A stretch of 64,000 bases of DNA from Squalus acanthias (taxonomy: Eukaryota). The translations under genes were made by a program, and so were the position numbers. The notes below the pieces were generated by a model. That model was not told the DNA's origin, did no database searches, and worked only from the letters and a program-made list of their open reading frames with translations. Below, piece after piece: positions 11,240 through 23,227 of this stretch. Position 1 is the first letter of the stretch. Each line of letters opens with the position of its first letter. The stretch lies in assembly GCA_030390025.1 (NCBI GenBank), contig CM059437.1, positions 53,010,001 through 53,074,000 of the forward strand, in the 5' to 3' direction.

Positions 11240-13550
11240 ACAACAACAACTTGCAATTATATAGCACCTTTAAAGTCGTAAAACGTCAAAAGACGCTTCA
11301 CAAGAGCTTTATCAAGATTTGACACCTAGCCACATAAAGAGAAATTAGGACAACCGACCAAAACCTTGGTCAAAGAGGTAGGTTTTAAAGGAGGAGAGAG
11401 TGGTATGGAGGGGGAGAAGTTTCGGGAGGGAATTCCAGTGCTTGGGGCCCAGGCAGCAAAAGGTACGGCCGCCAATAGTAGAGCGATTAAAATCTAGAGG
11501 AGGAGCAAGAGGCCAGCATTTAATGTAGGGAATTCCAGAGCTTAGAGCCTAGGGATCTGTGGGGTATGGCTGGCAGTGGTGGGGCGATGGAAATCCTGGA
11601 TGCGCAAGAGGCCAGAATTGGGGAATGCAAAGATCTCGGATGATTGTAGGGCTGTAGGAGATTACAGATATTGGGAGGGGCGAGGCCATGGAGGGATTTG
11701 GAAACAAGAATCAGAAATTTAAAATAGAGGCGTTGCCACACCGGGAGCAAATGTAAGTCAGCAAGCACAAAGGTAATGCGTGAATGGGACTTTGTGCAAG
11801 TTAGGATATGAGCAGCAGAGTTTCGGAGGAGCTCAAGTATATGGATGGTGGAAGAAGGGAGGCCAACCAGAAGAGCATTGGAATAGTCAAGTAGAGTGGT
11901 AACAAAGGCAAGGATTACAGTTTAGCAGCAGAAGAACTAAGGTGAGGTGGAGCCAGGCAATGTTACGGAGGTGGAAGTAGGCGGTTTTGGTGATGGAGTG
12001 GATATGTGGTCATCTCACGGTCAACTGATACACCAAGGATGCGAATGATCTGGTTTAGCCTCAGGCAGTTGCCAGGGAGAGTGCTGGAGTCGGTGGCTAG
12101 GGAATGGAGTTTGTGGCGGGGATCAAAGACAATCTTTTTTGAGTCTTCCCAATTTTTAGTTGGAGGAAATTTCTGTTCCTCCACTACTTGATGTCGGACA
12201 AGCAGTGTGATAATTTAGAGACAGTGGAGGGGTCGAGGGAGCTGGTGGTGAGGTAGAGCTGGCTGTCATCAATGTACATGTGGAAACTGACATTGGCCCA
12301 TATTTTCCGATGCCTACGGGTGTGTACGAGCTGTGTACACACCCTTATAATCCTCCTGACAGATTGCACGCCTGCCCTGGAGAAGGGGCCCTGCGGGTGG
12401 AGTGTTCGGCTTTCTGCAGAACCTCCGCCCGCTGAAATCCCTTAAAAAACTTACGCCTGGTAAAAGTTTTTACCAGCAAAAGCGTTTAAAAAGTTAAAAA
12501 AAAATTCACGCATTTATAATGTAAAAATACTTTTTAAAAAGGTAAGTTTCTTTTTAGCCCGGTAAAAAATTGAATTTTTTTTTCAAAAAAATAAATTTTT
12601 GTTGAAAATATTTAATTTCATGTAATTTTAACTCATTTTAAAAACATAATTCTTTATTTAATTTATTTAATGTTGTAGTGTCTTTTTTCAGTGATCCCCA
12701 TTCATACGTTTAACAGGTCATACCATTGACTCGCCTGGCCCACGTGAACCCAGGGACGCTTGCGAACTGCCTGCGCCCCTGGGATCCCTTGGCCTTGGTG
12801 CGTGCGCACCACGAGAGGCACAGGAGTGGAAGAGTCCCGACCTCGGGAGCCCTCAGGTAAGGGCCTAGATTTTTTCCCGATAGGAGGCATCCGCACTCAG
12901 GATGCTTCCTATCGGAAATTACGGGCCAATTTTCGTATGATGTTGCCAAGGGGCAACATGTGGATGAAAAATGGTAGGGAACCAAGCATAGACGTTTGGG
13001 GAACTCCAGAGGTAACGGTGCAGGACCAGGAAAAGAAGCCATTGCAGGTGATTCTCTGGCTACGAATTGATAGATAAGAATGGAACCAGGCGAGGGCAGC
13101 TCGACGATGGAGGAGAGGCATTGGAGGAGGATGGTGTGGTCAATCATGACAAAAACTGCAGAAAGATCGAGAACGATGAGGAGGGATAGGTTAACATGAT
13201 CACAATCATATAGGCAGTAATTTATGACTTTCATAAGGTTCTGTTTCAGTACGGTGGCGGTGCGGATCCCTGATTGGAGGGATTCAAACATACATAATCG
13301 GGAAAGATGGGCACAGATTTGCGAGGTAAAAAGAGAGATTGGAGATGGGATGGGGTGGTAGTTTGGAAGGACAGAGGGATCAAGGGTGGGGGGGGGTTTC
13401 AGGTGAGGGGAGTTGACGGCAGATTTGAAGGGGGGAGCACAGTAGCTGAGGAGAGGAAACCTTTAATAATATTAAACAAATATTGGGGCCAGAAAGGGAA
13501 GTTTGATAGGAATAGAGACCAGGGAGCAGGAGGTGAGTCTCATGAAATAT
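11240..13550 (-). mobile_element. L2-type LINE fragment, interrupted by a MITE; continues at about 16240-17200 beyond the CR1
   Basis: Remnants LADLHLLPV, HMYIDDSQLYL and LDLSAVF..IDH. Confidence 0.8.
12295..12927. mobile_element. PIF/Harbinger-type MITE
   Basis: TIRs GGCCCATATTTTCCGAT / GGCCCGTAATTTCCGAT, flanks ATT/AAT, AT-rich core. It splits the L2 RT. Confidence 0.8.
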
Positions 13551-13557
13551 GATAGGG

Positions 13558-16238
13558 CATAGAATTCAAAGGTTACAACACAGAAGGAGGCCATTCGGCC
13601 CGTCGAGCCCATGCCAGCTGTCTACAAGAGCACTTTAATAGTCCCACTTCCCCGCCCTTTCCTCGTACCACTGCAAACTTTTTTCCTTCAGTTATTTATG
13701 CAAGTCCCTTTTGAAAGCCACGGTTCAATCTGCCTCCACCACCCTCTCAGGCAATGCATTCCAGATCATAACCATTCGCTGTGTAAAAAGGTTTTTCCTC
13801 ATGTCGCTTTTGGTTCTTCTGCCAATCACCTTAAATCTGTGTCCTCTGGTTCTTGACCCTTTCGACAATGGGAACAGATTCTCTCTATCTACTCTGTCTA
13901 AACCACTCATGATTTTGAACGAAACTCCTCTCAACCTTCTCTGCTCGAGGAAGAACAACCCCAGCTTCTCCAGTCTCTCCACATAACTGAAGCCCCACAT
14001 CCCTGCAACCATTCTTGTGCATCTTTTCTGCATCCTCTCCAAAGCTTTCACATCCTTCCTAAAGTGCGTTGCCCAGAATTGGACACAATACCCCAGTTGA
14101 GGCCGAGCCAGTGTTTTAGAAATGTTCAACATAAACCTTGCTTTTGTACTCTGTGACTCTATTTATGAAGCCGAGGGTCCTGTATGATTTTTAATTGCTT
14201 TCTGAAACTGCATTGCCACCTTCAAAGATTTGTGCACATATACCCGCAGGTCTCTCTGTTCATGCAGCCCCTTTAGAATTGTATCCTTCAGTTTATATTG
14301 CCTCTCCTCATTCTTCCTAACAGAGTGCATCACTTTGCACTTTTCTGCGTTAAATTTAATCTGGCACGTGTCCGCGCATTCCACCAACCTGTCTATGTCC
14401 TCTTGAAGTCTATCACTATGCTCCTCACTGTTCACTATACTTCCAAGCTTTGTGTCATCTGCAAATTTTGAAATTCTGCCCTGTACGCCCAATTCCAGGT
14501 CATTAATATATGTCAAGAAAAGCGGTGGTACTAGTACCGACCCCTAGGGAACACCACTGCCTTACTTCCTCCAGTCCGATAAACAACCGTTCACCACTAC
14601 TCTCTGTTTCCTGTCACTTGGACAATTTTGTATCCATGCTGCCACTGTCCCTTTTATTCCATGGGCTTCAACTTTGCTGCAAACCTATTATGTGGCACTT
14701 TATCAAACGCCTTTTGGAAGCTCATGTACACCACATCAACCGCATTGCCCTCATCAACCCTCTGTTACCGCATCAAAAATCTCAATCAATTTAGTTAAAC
14801 ACGATTTGCCTTTAACAAATCTGTGCTGACTTTCCTTACTTAATCCATCCTTGTCCAAGTGACTGTTAATTTTGTCCCTGATTATCGTTTCTAAAAACTT
14901 CCCCACTACGAGTTTAAACTGACTGTAGTTGCTGGGTTTATCCTTGCACCCTTTTTTGAACAAAGGTGTAACATTTGCAATTCTCCAGTCCTCTGGCACT
15001 ACTCCCGTATCTAAGGAGGATTGGAAGATTATCGCCAGTACCTCCACAATTTCCATTTTTACTTCCCTCAGCATCCTTGGATGCATCCCATCCGGTCCTG
15101 GTGACTTATCTGCTTTAAGTACAGCCGGTATTTCCAGTGCCTCCTCTTTATCAATATTTGTCCTATCCAGGATCTCAACTACCTCCTCTTTCACTATGAC
15201 TTTGGCAGCATCCTATTCCTTGGTAAAGACTGATGCAAAGTGTTCATTTATTACCTCAGCCATGCCCTCTGCCTCCATGTGTAGGACTCCATTTGGTCCC
15301 TAATTGGCCCCACCCTCCTCTTACTACCCGTTTATTATTTATATGCCTATAGAAGACTTTTGGATTCCCTTTTATGTTAGCTGCCAATCTATTCGCAGAC
15401 TCTCTCTTTGCCCCTGGTATTTCCTTTTTCACTTCCCCTCTGAACTTTCTATATTCAACCTGCTTCTCACTTGTATTCTCAACCTGACATCTGTCATACC
15501 GCCCCTTTTCTGCTTCATCATACTCTATCTCTTTCGTCATCCAGGGAGCTCTGCCTTTGGTTGCTCTACCTTACCCCTTGTAGGAATGTACCTCGATGAT
15601 ACCCAAACTATCTCCTCTTTAAAGGCAGCCCTTTGTTCGATTACAGATTTACCTGCTAATTTTTGATTCCGCTTTACCCGAGCCAGATCCATTCTCAACC
15701 CTCTGAAATTTGCCGTCCTCCAATTAAGTAGTTTTACACTAGATTGCTACCTGTCCTTTCCCATAGCTAATCTAAACGGTATGATACTATGATCACTGCT
15801 CCCTAAATGTTCCCCTGCTGACACTTGCTCCACTTGACCCACCTCATGCCCCAGAACCAGTTCCAGCAATGCCTCCTTCCACATTGGGTCAGAAATGCAC
15901 TGACCAAGAAAGTGCTCCTGAACACACTTCAGAAATTAGTCCCCCTCTCTGCCCTTTACACTATTACTATCCCAGTCCATATTAGGATAGTTGAAGTCTC
16001 CCATTATCTCAACTCTATCGTTGTTACACCTCTCTGATATTTCCCTGCAACTTTGCTCTTGTATATCCTTCCCACTAGTTGGTGGCCTATAGAATACACC
16101 TAGTAGTGTAATGGCACCTCTATTGTTTCTTAACTCTAACCAAATAGATTATGTCCTTGACCCCTCCAGGATATCCGCTCTCTCCAGCACTGTAATATCC
16201 TCCTTAATCAATACTGCCACCCCACATCCTTTCTTTCC
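13558..16238 (-). mobile_element. CR1 LINE, about 2.7 kb of disrupted ORF2 (APE endonuclease plus RT)
   Basis: KSPGPDGMHPR, DWRIANVTPLFKKG, KFADDTKL, RPQLGYCVQFW. Confidence 0.92.
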
Positions 16239-16554
16239 ATAAGGGAGGATAGTAGAGCAACGAGTAAAATATGCGAGTTCAGGGGTAAGGCAGGGGGGAA
16301 CCTAAGAGGAAGTTTGGCCCGGTGGGCTAGGAAGTGGCAGAGGCATCTGAATGGATGGTCTCAATCTTAGTGACTAAGAAGTCCATCAGCTCCTCGCTCT
16401 TGTCATTGAAGATGAAGGTGGAGGAGGCAGAGGAGTGTGGTTTAAGAAGGCACTTGGAGTGTAGAATGGGGCAATTTTTGTTGCTGCTCATAAGGAGACA
16501 GCGAAGAGTGCCTCGATGGGCTCTTCAGAGGGTGCCAAGAGAGGCACAAAGAAT

Positions 16555-16985
16555 GGGGCAACACGGTGGCATAGTGGTTAGCACTGGTGCCTCACAGCGC
16601 CAGAGACCCGGGTTCGAATCTGACCTCGGGTGACTGTCTGTGTGGAGTTTGCACATTCTCCCCGTGTCTGCGTGGGTTTCCTCCGGGTGCTCTGGTTTCC
16701 TCCCACAGTCCAAAAATGTGCGGGTTAGGTTGATTTGGCTATGATAAATTGACCCTTAGTGTTAGGGGGGGGATTAAATATGTAGGGTTATGGGGATAGG
16801 ATGGGATATGTTAGGGGGAATTAAATACGTGGGGTTACGGGGGTAGGGTGGGATATGTGTACTGTGGGGATTAAAGCAGGGACAGGGTACTGGATTTGGA
16901 TGATCAGCCATGATCGTATTGAATGGTGGAGCAGGCTTGACGGGCCGAATGGCCTACTCCTGCTCCTAGATTCTATGTTTCTATG
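16555..16985 (+). mobile_element. HE1/V-SINE-like tRNA-derived SINE, present only in copy 1
   Basis: A box TGGCATAGTGG, B box GGTTCGAATC, central TGTGTGGAGTTTGCACATTCTCCCCGTG domain and a CR1-derived 3' tail. Empty site at about 62738. Confidence 0.85.
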
Positions 16986-17224
16986 TACCTGTCGACTTAC
17001 CTAAAAGGCTGTCCAGGCTGGGATGTCGGCAGGAGAGTAGCAAGTTCGTGGAGTCCTGAAGGGTTGGGTAGGTATTTGGGAGGACAGATTATCCGAGAAG
17101 GGAGGAATTAAGGAAGGCACGATGACAGGAGAAAGGGGCCTAAGAGGGGTAAACAGAAAAGAAGAAAAAGGTGGAGTAAAAAGGGGGAATATAAGTGATG
17201 GGCTCGGGACCGGAGCAGCAGCCC

Positions 17225-18606
17225 GTCCACTAAAGGCAGGACAAATCCAATCCAGCTAATTACCAGCGCAGGAGTCCACTCTCAATCATCAGCAAAGTAG
17301 TGGAAGGTGTCGTTGACTGTGCTACAAAGCGACACTTACTCACCAAAGACCTGCTCACCGATGCACTGTATGGTTCCGCCAGGACCACTCTTTGCCGAAC
17401 TTGGTACAAACATGGGCAACAGAGCTCACTTTCAGAGGTGAGGTTCGAGTGACTGGCCTTACATCAAGGCAGCATTTGACCAAGTGTGGCATCAAGGAGT
17501 CCTAGTAAAATTGAAGTCAATGGGAATCAGGGGGAATGTTCTCCACTGGCTGGAGTCATTTCTAGCATAAAGGAAGATGGTTGTGGTTGTTGAAGGCCAA
17601 CAGCCCCAAGAAATCGCTGCAGGAGTTCCTCAGGGCAATGCCCTAGGCCCAACCATCTTCAGCTGCTGCATCAATTACCTTCCTTCCGTCATAACATCAG
17701 CCGAGGCGATGTTCGCGGATGATTGCACAGTGTTCAGTTCCATTCACAACTCCTCAGATAACGAAGCAGTTCATGCCCGCATTCAACAAGACCTGGACGG
17801 CATTCAGGCTTGGGCTGATAAGTGGCAAGTAATATTCGTGCCACACAACTGCCAGGCAATGACTATCTCCAGCAAGAGAACGTCTATCCACCGCCCCTTG
17901 ACATTCAACGGGATTACCATCACCGAATCCCCCACCGTCAATAACCTTGGATTCACCGTTGACCAGAAACTTAACTGGACCAGTCAAATAAATACTGTAG
18001 CTGAAAGAGAAGGTCAGAGGCTGGGAATTCTGCGACGAGTGTCTCACATCCTGCCTCAGCAAAGCCTTTCCACCATCTACAAGGCACAAGTCATGAGTGT
18101 GATGGAATACTCTCCACTTGCCTGGATGAGTGCAGCGCCAACAACACTCAAGCAGCTCGACACCATCCAGGACAAAGCAGCCCACTTGATTGGCACCCAA
18201 TTCACCACCTTAAACATTCACTCCCTCCACCACTGCCACACCGTGTCTACTGTGTGTACCATCTACAAGATGCACTGCAGCAACTTGCCAAGGCTTCTTT
18301 GCCAGCACCTCCCAAACCCACGACATCTACCACCTAGAAGGACAAGGGCAGAAGACGCATAGGAGCATCACCTCCTCCAAGTTACACACCATCCAGACGT
18401 GGAAGTATATCGCCGTTCCTTCATCGTCGCTGGGTCAAAATTCGGGAACTCCCTCCCTAACAGCACTGTGGGAGTACCTTGACCACATGGACTGCAGAGG
18501 TTCATGAATGCGGCTCACCACCACCTTTTCAAGGGCAAGTAGCGATGGGGGCAATAAATGCTGGCCTTGCCAGCGACGCCCACATCGCAGGAACGAATAA
18601 AAAAAT
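17225..18606 (+). mobile_element. Non-LTR retrotransposon RT 3' part (CR1/L2-group family distinct from the main CR1)
   Basis: ORF 17577-18362 with GVPQGNALGP and MFADDCTVF; the 3' end carries AATAAA and an A-rich tail. Confidence 0.85.
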
Positions 18607-18729
18607 TGAAGTCTAAAAGGACGCAGCATCAATTAGGCTGTTTATATCGTTTGTCCATATTTAATCCATAGAGTCAGGGTTGCTCTTTTTAAGAGGGGTC
18701 AGATAACTGAATGTTGCGCTAAATATAAT

Positions 18730-19105
18730 AAAAAAGAAAGTTCTTACACTTATATAGCACCTTCCACAACCCCGGAAATGTTAAAGTGCTTCACAGGCAT
18801 AAAGTACTTTAGAAATGTAATCACTTTAAAATGCTGCAGCCAAGTTGCACACAGTAAGACCCCACTAACTACAAGGAAATAAATAATCCCTTTTTCGTCC
18901 TGTTGGTTGATGGATAAAGATTCGCCAGGATACCAGAAAAATCACCCGACGTATCTTCAAGAAGTGTCCCGTGAGAGGGCAGATGGGGCATTGGTTTGAC
19001 CCCATCCAAAAGACTGAACCTCTGACAATACAGCCCTCTCTTACTACTGCACTGAGGCGTTTCAACACACAACCTCCCAGTTCAGAGGTCAGAATCCTAC
19101 TACTG
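18730..19105 (-). mobile_element. Degenerate tRNA/Deu-type SINE
   Basis: Reverse-complement similarity to the head and tail of 5966-6405. Confidence 0.55.
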
Positions 19106-19123
19106 AACCAAGGTTGACACTAT

Positions 19124-19284
19124 GGGGTAGATCTTGCCTTTGTGCAATAGTGTGAAAAGAGCAATAGCAAATCGGGAGCCAGTTTCAAGTCTCTCACGAA
19201 TTTTATTTCAATTGAAGTTAATTGAAATAAAAATCAGGAGAGATGCAAAACGGTCGGCCGACTCGCTGTTGCTCGAATTACCCC
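19124..19284. mobile_element. Small hairpin MITE
   Basis: Ends GGGGTAGAT / AATTACCCC; central perfect 15-bp inverted repeat ATTTTTATTTCAATT-6nt-AATTGAAATAAAAAT. Confidence 0.55.
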
Positions 19285-19689
19285 TGAGTCCTTGTATTAA
19301 GGCCCTAAAACAATGATTAGTGAGGTGGACACAGACAGTAAGGGCGTGAGTTAAGGTGATGCCGTATTATTAAGAGGATGAAAGACAGCTTGCTTTAAGT
19401 GTTACTCCAGCGGGATGTCAGTGGTAGAATTTAGCGATGAGAACGCCAAATTACCTGGAATTTTAGGAAGATCGGAATAAATGTCAGAAAGTAAATGATC
19501 TCCACAAAGTCATTAATGTTTCAGCGAGAGATTATTCGTTTTTTTCGTGATTGCTTTTATTAACAGGTCGTTCCGTCATTTTATTGAGCCATTTTATAGG
19601 AGCAAGACAAATGCCCTGTGAACACAGTGGGAGTGTGTGCTGGATTATTTAATTTCCTTACAGCCTCAATGGACTTCGTCTCCACAATG

Positions 19690-21330
19690 ACTATGCGCTG
19701 GTCACTGCTACACAATGCTGTCATGGAGAGATGCATCTGCGACAGGTAGATTGGTGAGGACGAGGTCAATTAGGCTTTTCCATCATGTTGGTTCTCTCAC
19801 CACCTGTCGCAGGCCTAGACTGGCAGTTATGTCCTTCAGGACTCGGCCAGCTCGGTCAGTAGTGGTGCTACCAAGCCACTCTTGGTGATGGACATTGAAG
19901 TCCCCCAGAAGTAAATTCAGTGCCCTTGCTACTGTCAGTGCTTCTTCCAAGTGGTGTTCAACATGGAGGACTACTGATTCATCAGCGGAGGGAGGGTGGT
20001 AGGTAGTAATCAGCAGGTTTACTTGCCCATGCCTGACCTGAAGCCATGAGACTTCATGGGGTACGGAGTCAATCTTGAGGACTCCCAGGGCCACTCCTTC
20101 CCGAATGTAAACCACTGTTGCTTGAATAGTCTGTGGGACAGCTCTCCCAATTTTGGCACAAGTCCCCAGATGTTGGTGAGGAGGACTTTGCAGGGTCGAC
20201 TGGCCTGGGTGTGCCGTTGCCGTTTCAGTAGCCGGTGCCGAGGTCGATGCTGGGTGGTCCATCCGGTTTCATCTTATTGGCCCAAAAATTCGTGAGTGAG
20301 CCTTCGTGCGAGGGTAAGGCCTCCCCGCGATCTCTCAATGCGCGCTGGCTTTTTCAGTCCGAGCTCGCACGAACTTGATGTTCTGCACAGCAGCTGTGCA
20401 GGGCTTTCGTATCCCACAGGCGTAGTTAATTCGTGCGAGCTGTGGGATCACGTGATTCAGTTAGAGCCAATGGCAGCACACCATCTTTCATTCATAGCTT
20501 TCACATAAGTGCTGTGAAAGCTATGAATCTATACCCCCCAAAAGAACAGCTAAACCTCAATTAAATTTAAAAAAAAAACATCACATTAATAAAATAAGTA
20601 TAGTTAATTAAATTAACCATTTTAAACAAAAAATTAAATTTTTGAAAAAATTTAAAATCTTTTAAAAAGTTATAAAAATAAACTTACCTGTCTTTAAAGT
20701 CTCTAAAAAAGATATACCTGTAAAAAAAATTTAAAAATAATACTTAATTAACTACTTACCTTGTTAAAAGAGGGTCTTACGCCTCCTTTCTTTATGTCTA
20801 AAATCTTCCATGCTTACCTGCGCGTCCAAAGCACTAAGTGCACTGCATGCGCGCAGCCTGTAGCACGCACACGGTTCACCTAGGAACCGCCCACTTTTGA
20901 ATTCACCAAGTGCCGGTTTTCAGCGCATGAGCAGTACATGCAGAAAACCAGCAATTGGAGACAGAATACGCGAGAGTACACAGTGCGTACTCTCGCGTAG
21001 CGGCACTAATTTTTGGGCCATTATGTTTCGTGGCGGTTAGTTACAACTGAGAGGGCAGGTAAGAGTCAACCACATTGCTGTGGGTCTGGAGTCACATATA
21101 GGCCAGACCAGGTAAGGACGGCAGATTTCCTTCCCTAAAGGCCATTAGTGAACAAGATGGATTTTTACGACAATCCAATAGATTCAATGGTTACCATTAC
21201 TGATACTAACTTTTTATTCCATATTTATTTAATTAACTGAATTTAAATTCCCCAGCTGCCATCTCTGGATCATTAGTCCAGGCCTCTGGATTACTAACCC
21301 AGTGATATTACCACTACGCTACCGTTCCTC
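19690..21330 (-). mobile_element. LINE 5' region (APE endonuclease fragment), split by a MITE
   Basis: LLITTYHPPSADE...LLGDFNVHHQEWLG in ORF 19783-20262. Confidence 0.75.
20279..21019. mobile_element. PIF/Harbinger-type MITE
   Basis: Perfect 12-bp TIR GGCCCAAAAATT and 3-bp TSD ATT (20276-20278 / 21020-21022). Inverted relative of 45192-45934. Confidence 0.9.
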
Positions 21331-21399
21331 TCTGTGAGAGAGCATAATAGAGGAGATCACTGATGCCTTGGAAGCCCCCAATCTAATCTGTGTACGATT

Positions 21400-21775
21400 T
21401 TTTCGAAATCGGTCAAGATGCTCGCGGCAAGAATTGATTGGATAGATGTATAAATTTGGATTGGAAAGATTGCTTTGTGGTGGCTTTTATTGCAGCATTG
21501 TGGCCAAGAGGACGCTGTGATGGTCAGTAACAGAGGGAAGGTAAGGTGTGGCACGAATGTTGAGAAGTGAATTGGGGTTGTGGCCACTGGTACCGCAGGC
21601 GGTTGATTCCATCTCAGTTATCCCAGCCAGAAAGGGGCTGTCTGGGTTGCATCCTTCCTTCTGCTTCCTCGTCTTCTGCTTCCTCCTCTTATGCTTCCTC
21701 CTCTTCTGCTTCCTCCTCTTCTGCTTCCTCTTCTTCTGTTTCTTCCTCTTTTGTGTCTTCCACTTCCCTCTGTGA
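21400..21775 (-). mobile_element. Harbinger-like transposase 3'-end fragment with a 15-bp tandem repeat
   Basis: Inverted homolog of 41995-42250. (CTTCCTCCTCTTCTG)n at about 21660-21770 reads as an acidic EEEEA tract on the - strand, followed by AATAAA. Confidence 0.5.
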
Positions 21776-23189
21776 GAGAATTCTATAAATCTGAAATGAC
21801 ATCATAAAATGCTGGAAATACTCAGCAGATCAGACAGCATCTTGACCTGAGACGTGAACTCTGTTTCTCTCTCCACGGATGTTGCAAGACCTACTGAGTA
21901 TTTGCAGCATTTTCTGTCTTCTCAGTGGTATCCGTTTACCACACGAGGCCTTGCAAGCATCCAGCAGCATGGCCTACACACTTAAAAAACTTTTAACATC
22001 TATTGCAGCAAGCCACTACTTCAGTAAAATCAAAAAACCCCAGTCCAAAAGCATAAATGCAAACATACCTGAAAGATGGGTGTGTCCTTTTAAGAGGTGC
22101 TGACAGCACCACTGTCAGTCTGCTTGCACGCTGCATTTACCTGGTTTGTTTGGAACCCAGCGATGAACTCAGCGCTAGGATCGAAGTTCACTGTGGTGAC
22201 ATTAAGTCGGCATTGCACGCCGACTGATGTCACCACACCGTCATTTTTCTTTGCAGGGTGATAACTCTTAACGGCAGTGCTACCGGGCCCACGAAAATGC
22301 AGGATGCCTTGGGGCTCGCCATCTTCTGGTGGAAGAGTGGCTGCCGCTGCTTTTTCAACATTACGCCACGCTGACAGGTGTCGAAAACCACCCGAATTTC
22401 AATGCTGCAGGTTCTAAACCAAGAAGTATAAATTAGAATATTTAATTCATTGTAAAATAATGTACAGAATGCAAAATAAAAAAGGGAAAGAAAGATGGGA
22501 TTTAGAGAGAGAGAGATAAAAGAGACAGAAAGAAAAAGTATTGGCCTGGAATTTGCAGTGGGTAGTAACAGTGCATTCGCTGTTATTACCCCTTTGAAAC
22601 TGAACGCAAATTCAGGATTTAGTGCCTGCACATCCTAAAGTCGAAATCCTGAAGTTGCGGTCAGTTATTCACTGCTCCGACACTGGCTGTGCTGTGCCCT
22701 CCCGCCCCCACCCCACCCCCCGCCACAACCCTATAGCCAACAATAAGGGAAATCAGTGAAACTGATGAAAACTTGGGCTTTTCAATGCTAATATTAATTC
22801 CATTAAAGTGGGAAACAGGGAAATAGCAGCGATTTTGAACAAATATTTTGTACCGGTCTTCATGGTAGAAGACACTAAAATCATCCCAATAATAATTGAT
22901 AATCAAGGGGCTATTGGGAGGGAGGAACTTCAAACAATGACTATCACTAGAGAAAAAGTACTAGACAAACTAATGGGACCACAGACTGACAAGTCCACTG
23001 ACCTGATGGCCTACATCCTAGGGTCTTAAAAGAAGTGGCTGCAGAGATAGTGGATGCGTTGGTTGCAATCTACTAAAAATCCCTGGATTCTGGAGAGGTC
23101 ATGATGCGGAGATGCCGGTGTTGGACTGGGGTGGACAAAATTGAGAGGTCGCACAACACCAGGTTATAGTCCAACAGTTTTATTTGAAA

Positions 23190-23227
23190 TCACAAGCTTT
23201 CGGAACTATCGCTCCTTCCTCAGGTGA
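23190..23227 (-). ncRNA. Minimal type I hammerhead ribozyme motif
   Basis: Exact mirror of 24803-24840. Confidence 0.8.

Larger units (their letters stand above)
3325..18223 (+). repeat. Segmental duplication copy 1 (paralog of 49185-64000)
   Basis: Colinear match beginning at CAGTAATTTCAATACAATTTA (3325/49185) and running through C, the J-C intron, VJ, the promoter and the same upstream TE series to the window end. Offset about 45.8 kb. The true right boundary lies outside the window. Confidence 0.95.

Noticed and set aside
16555-16630. tRNA gene
   Set aside because: The A and B boxes belong to a SINE head and continue into SINE body and LINE-derived tail.
3325-18223. Segmental duplication as a false haplotype duplication
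   Set aside because: Several percent divergence, four copy-specific TE insertions and a strongly diverged 3' flank are more than expected for alleles. Read depth would settle it.
21548-21788. Ser-rich and Phe/Cys/Leu-rich ORFs
   Set aside because: They are translations of a 15-bp pyrimidine tandem repeat.
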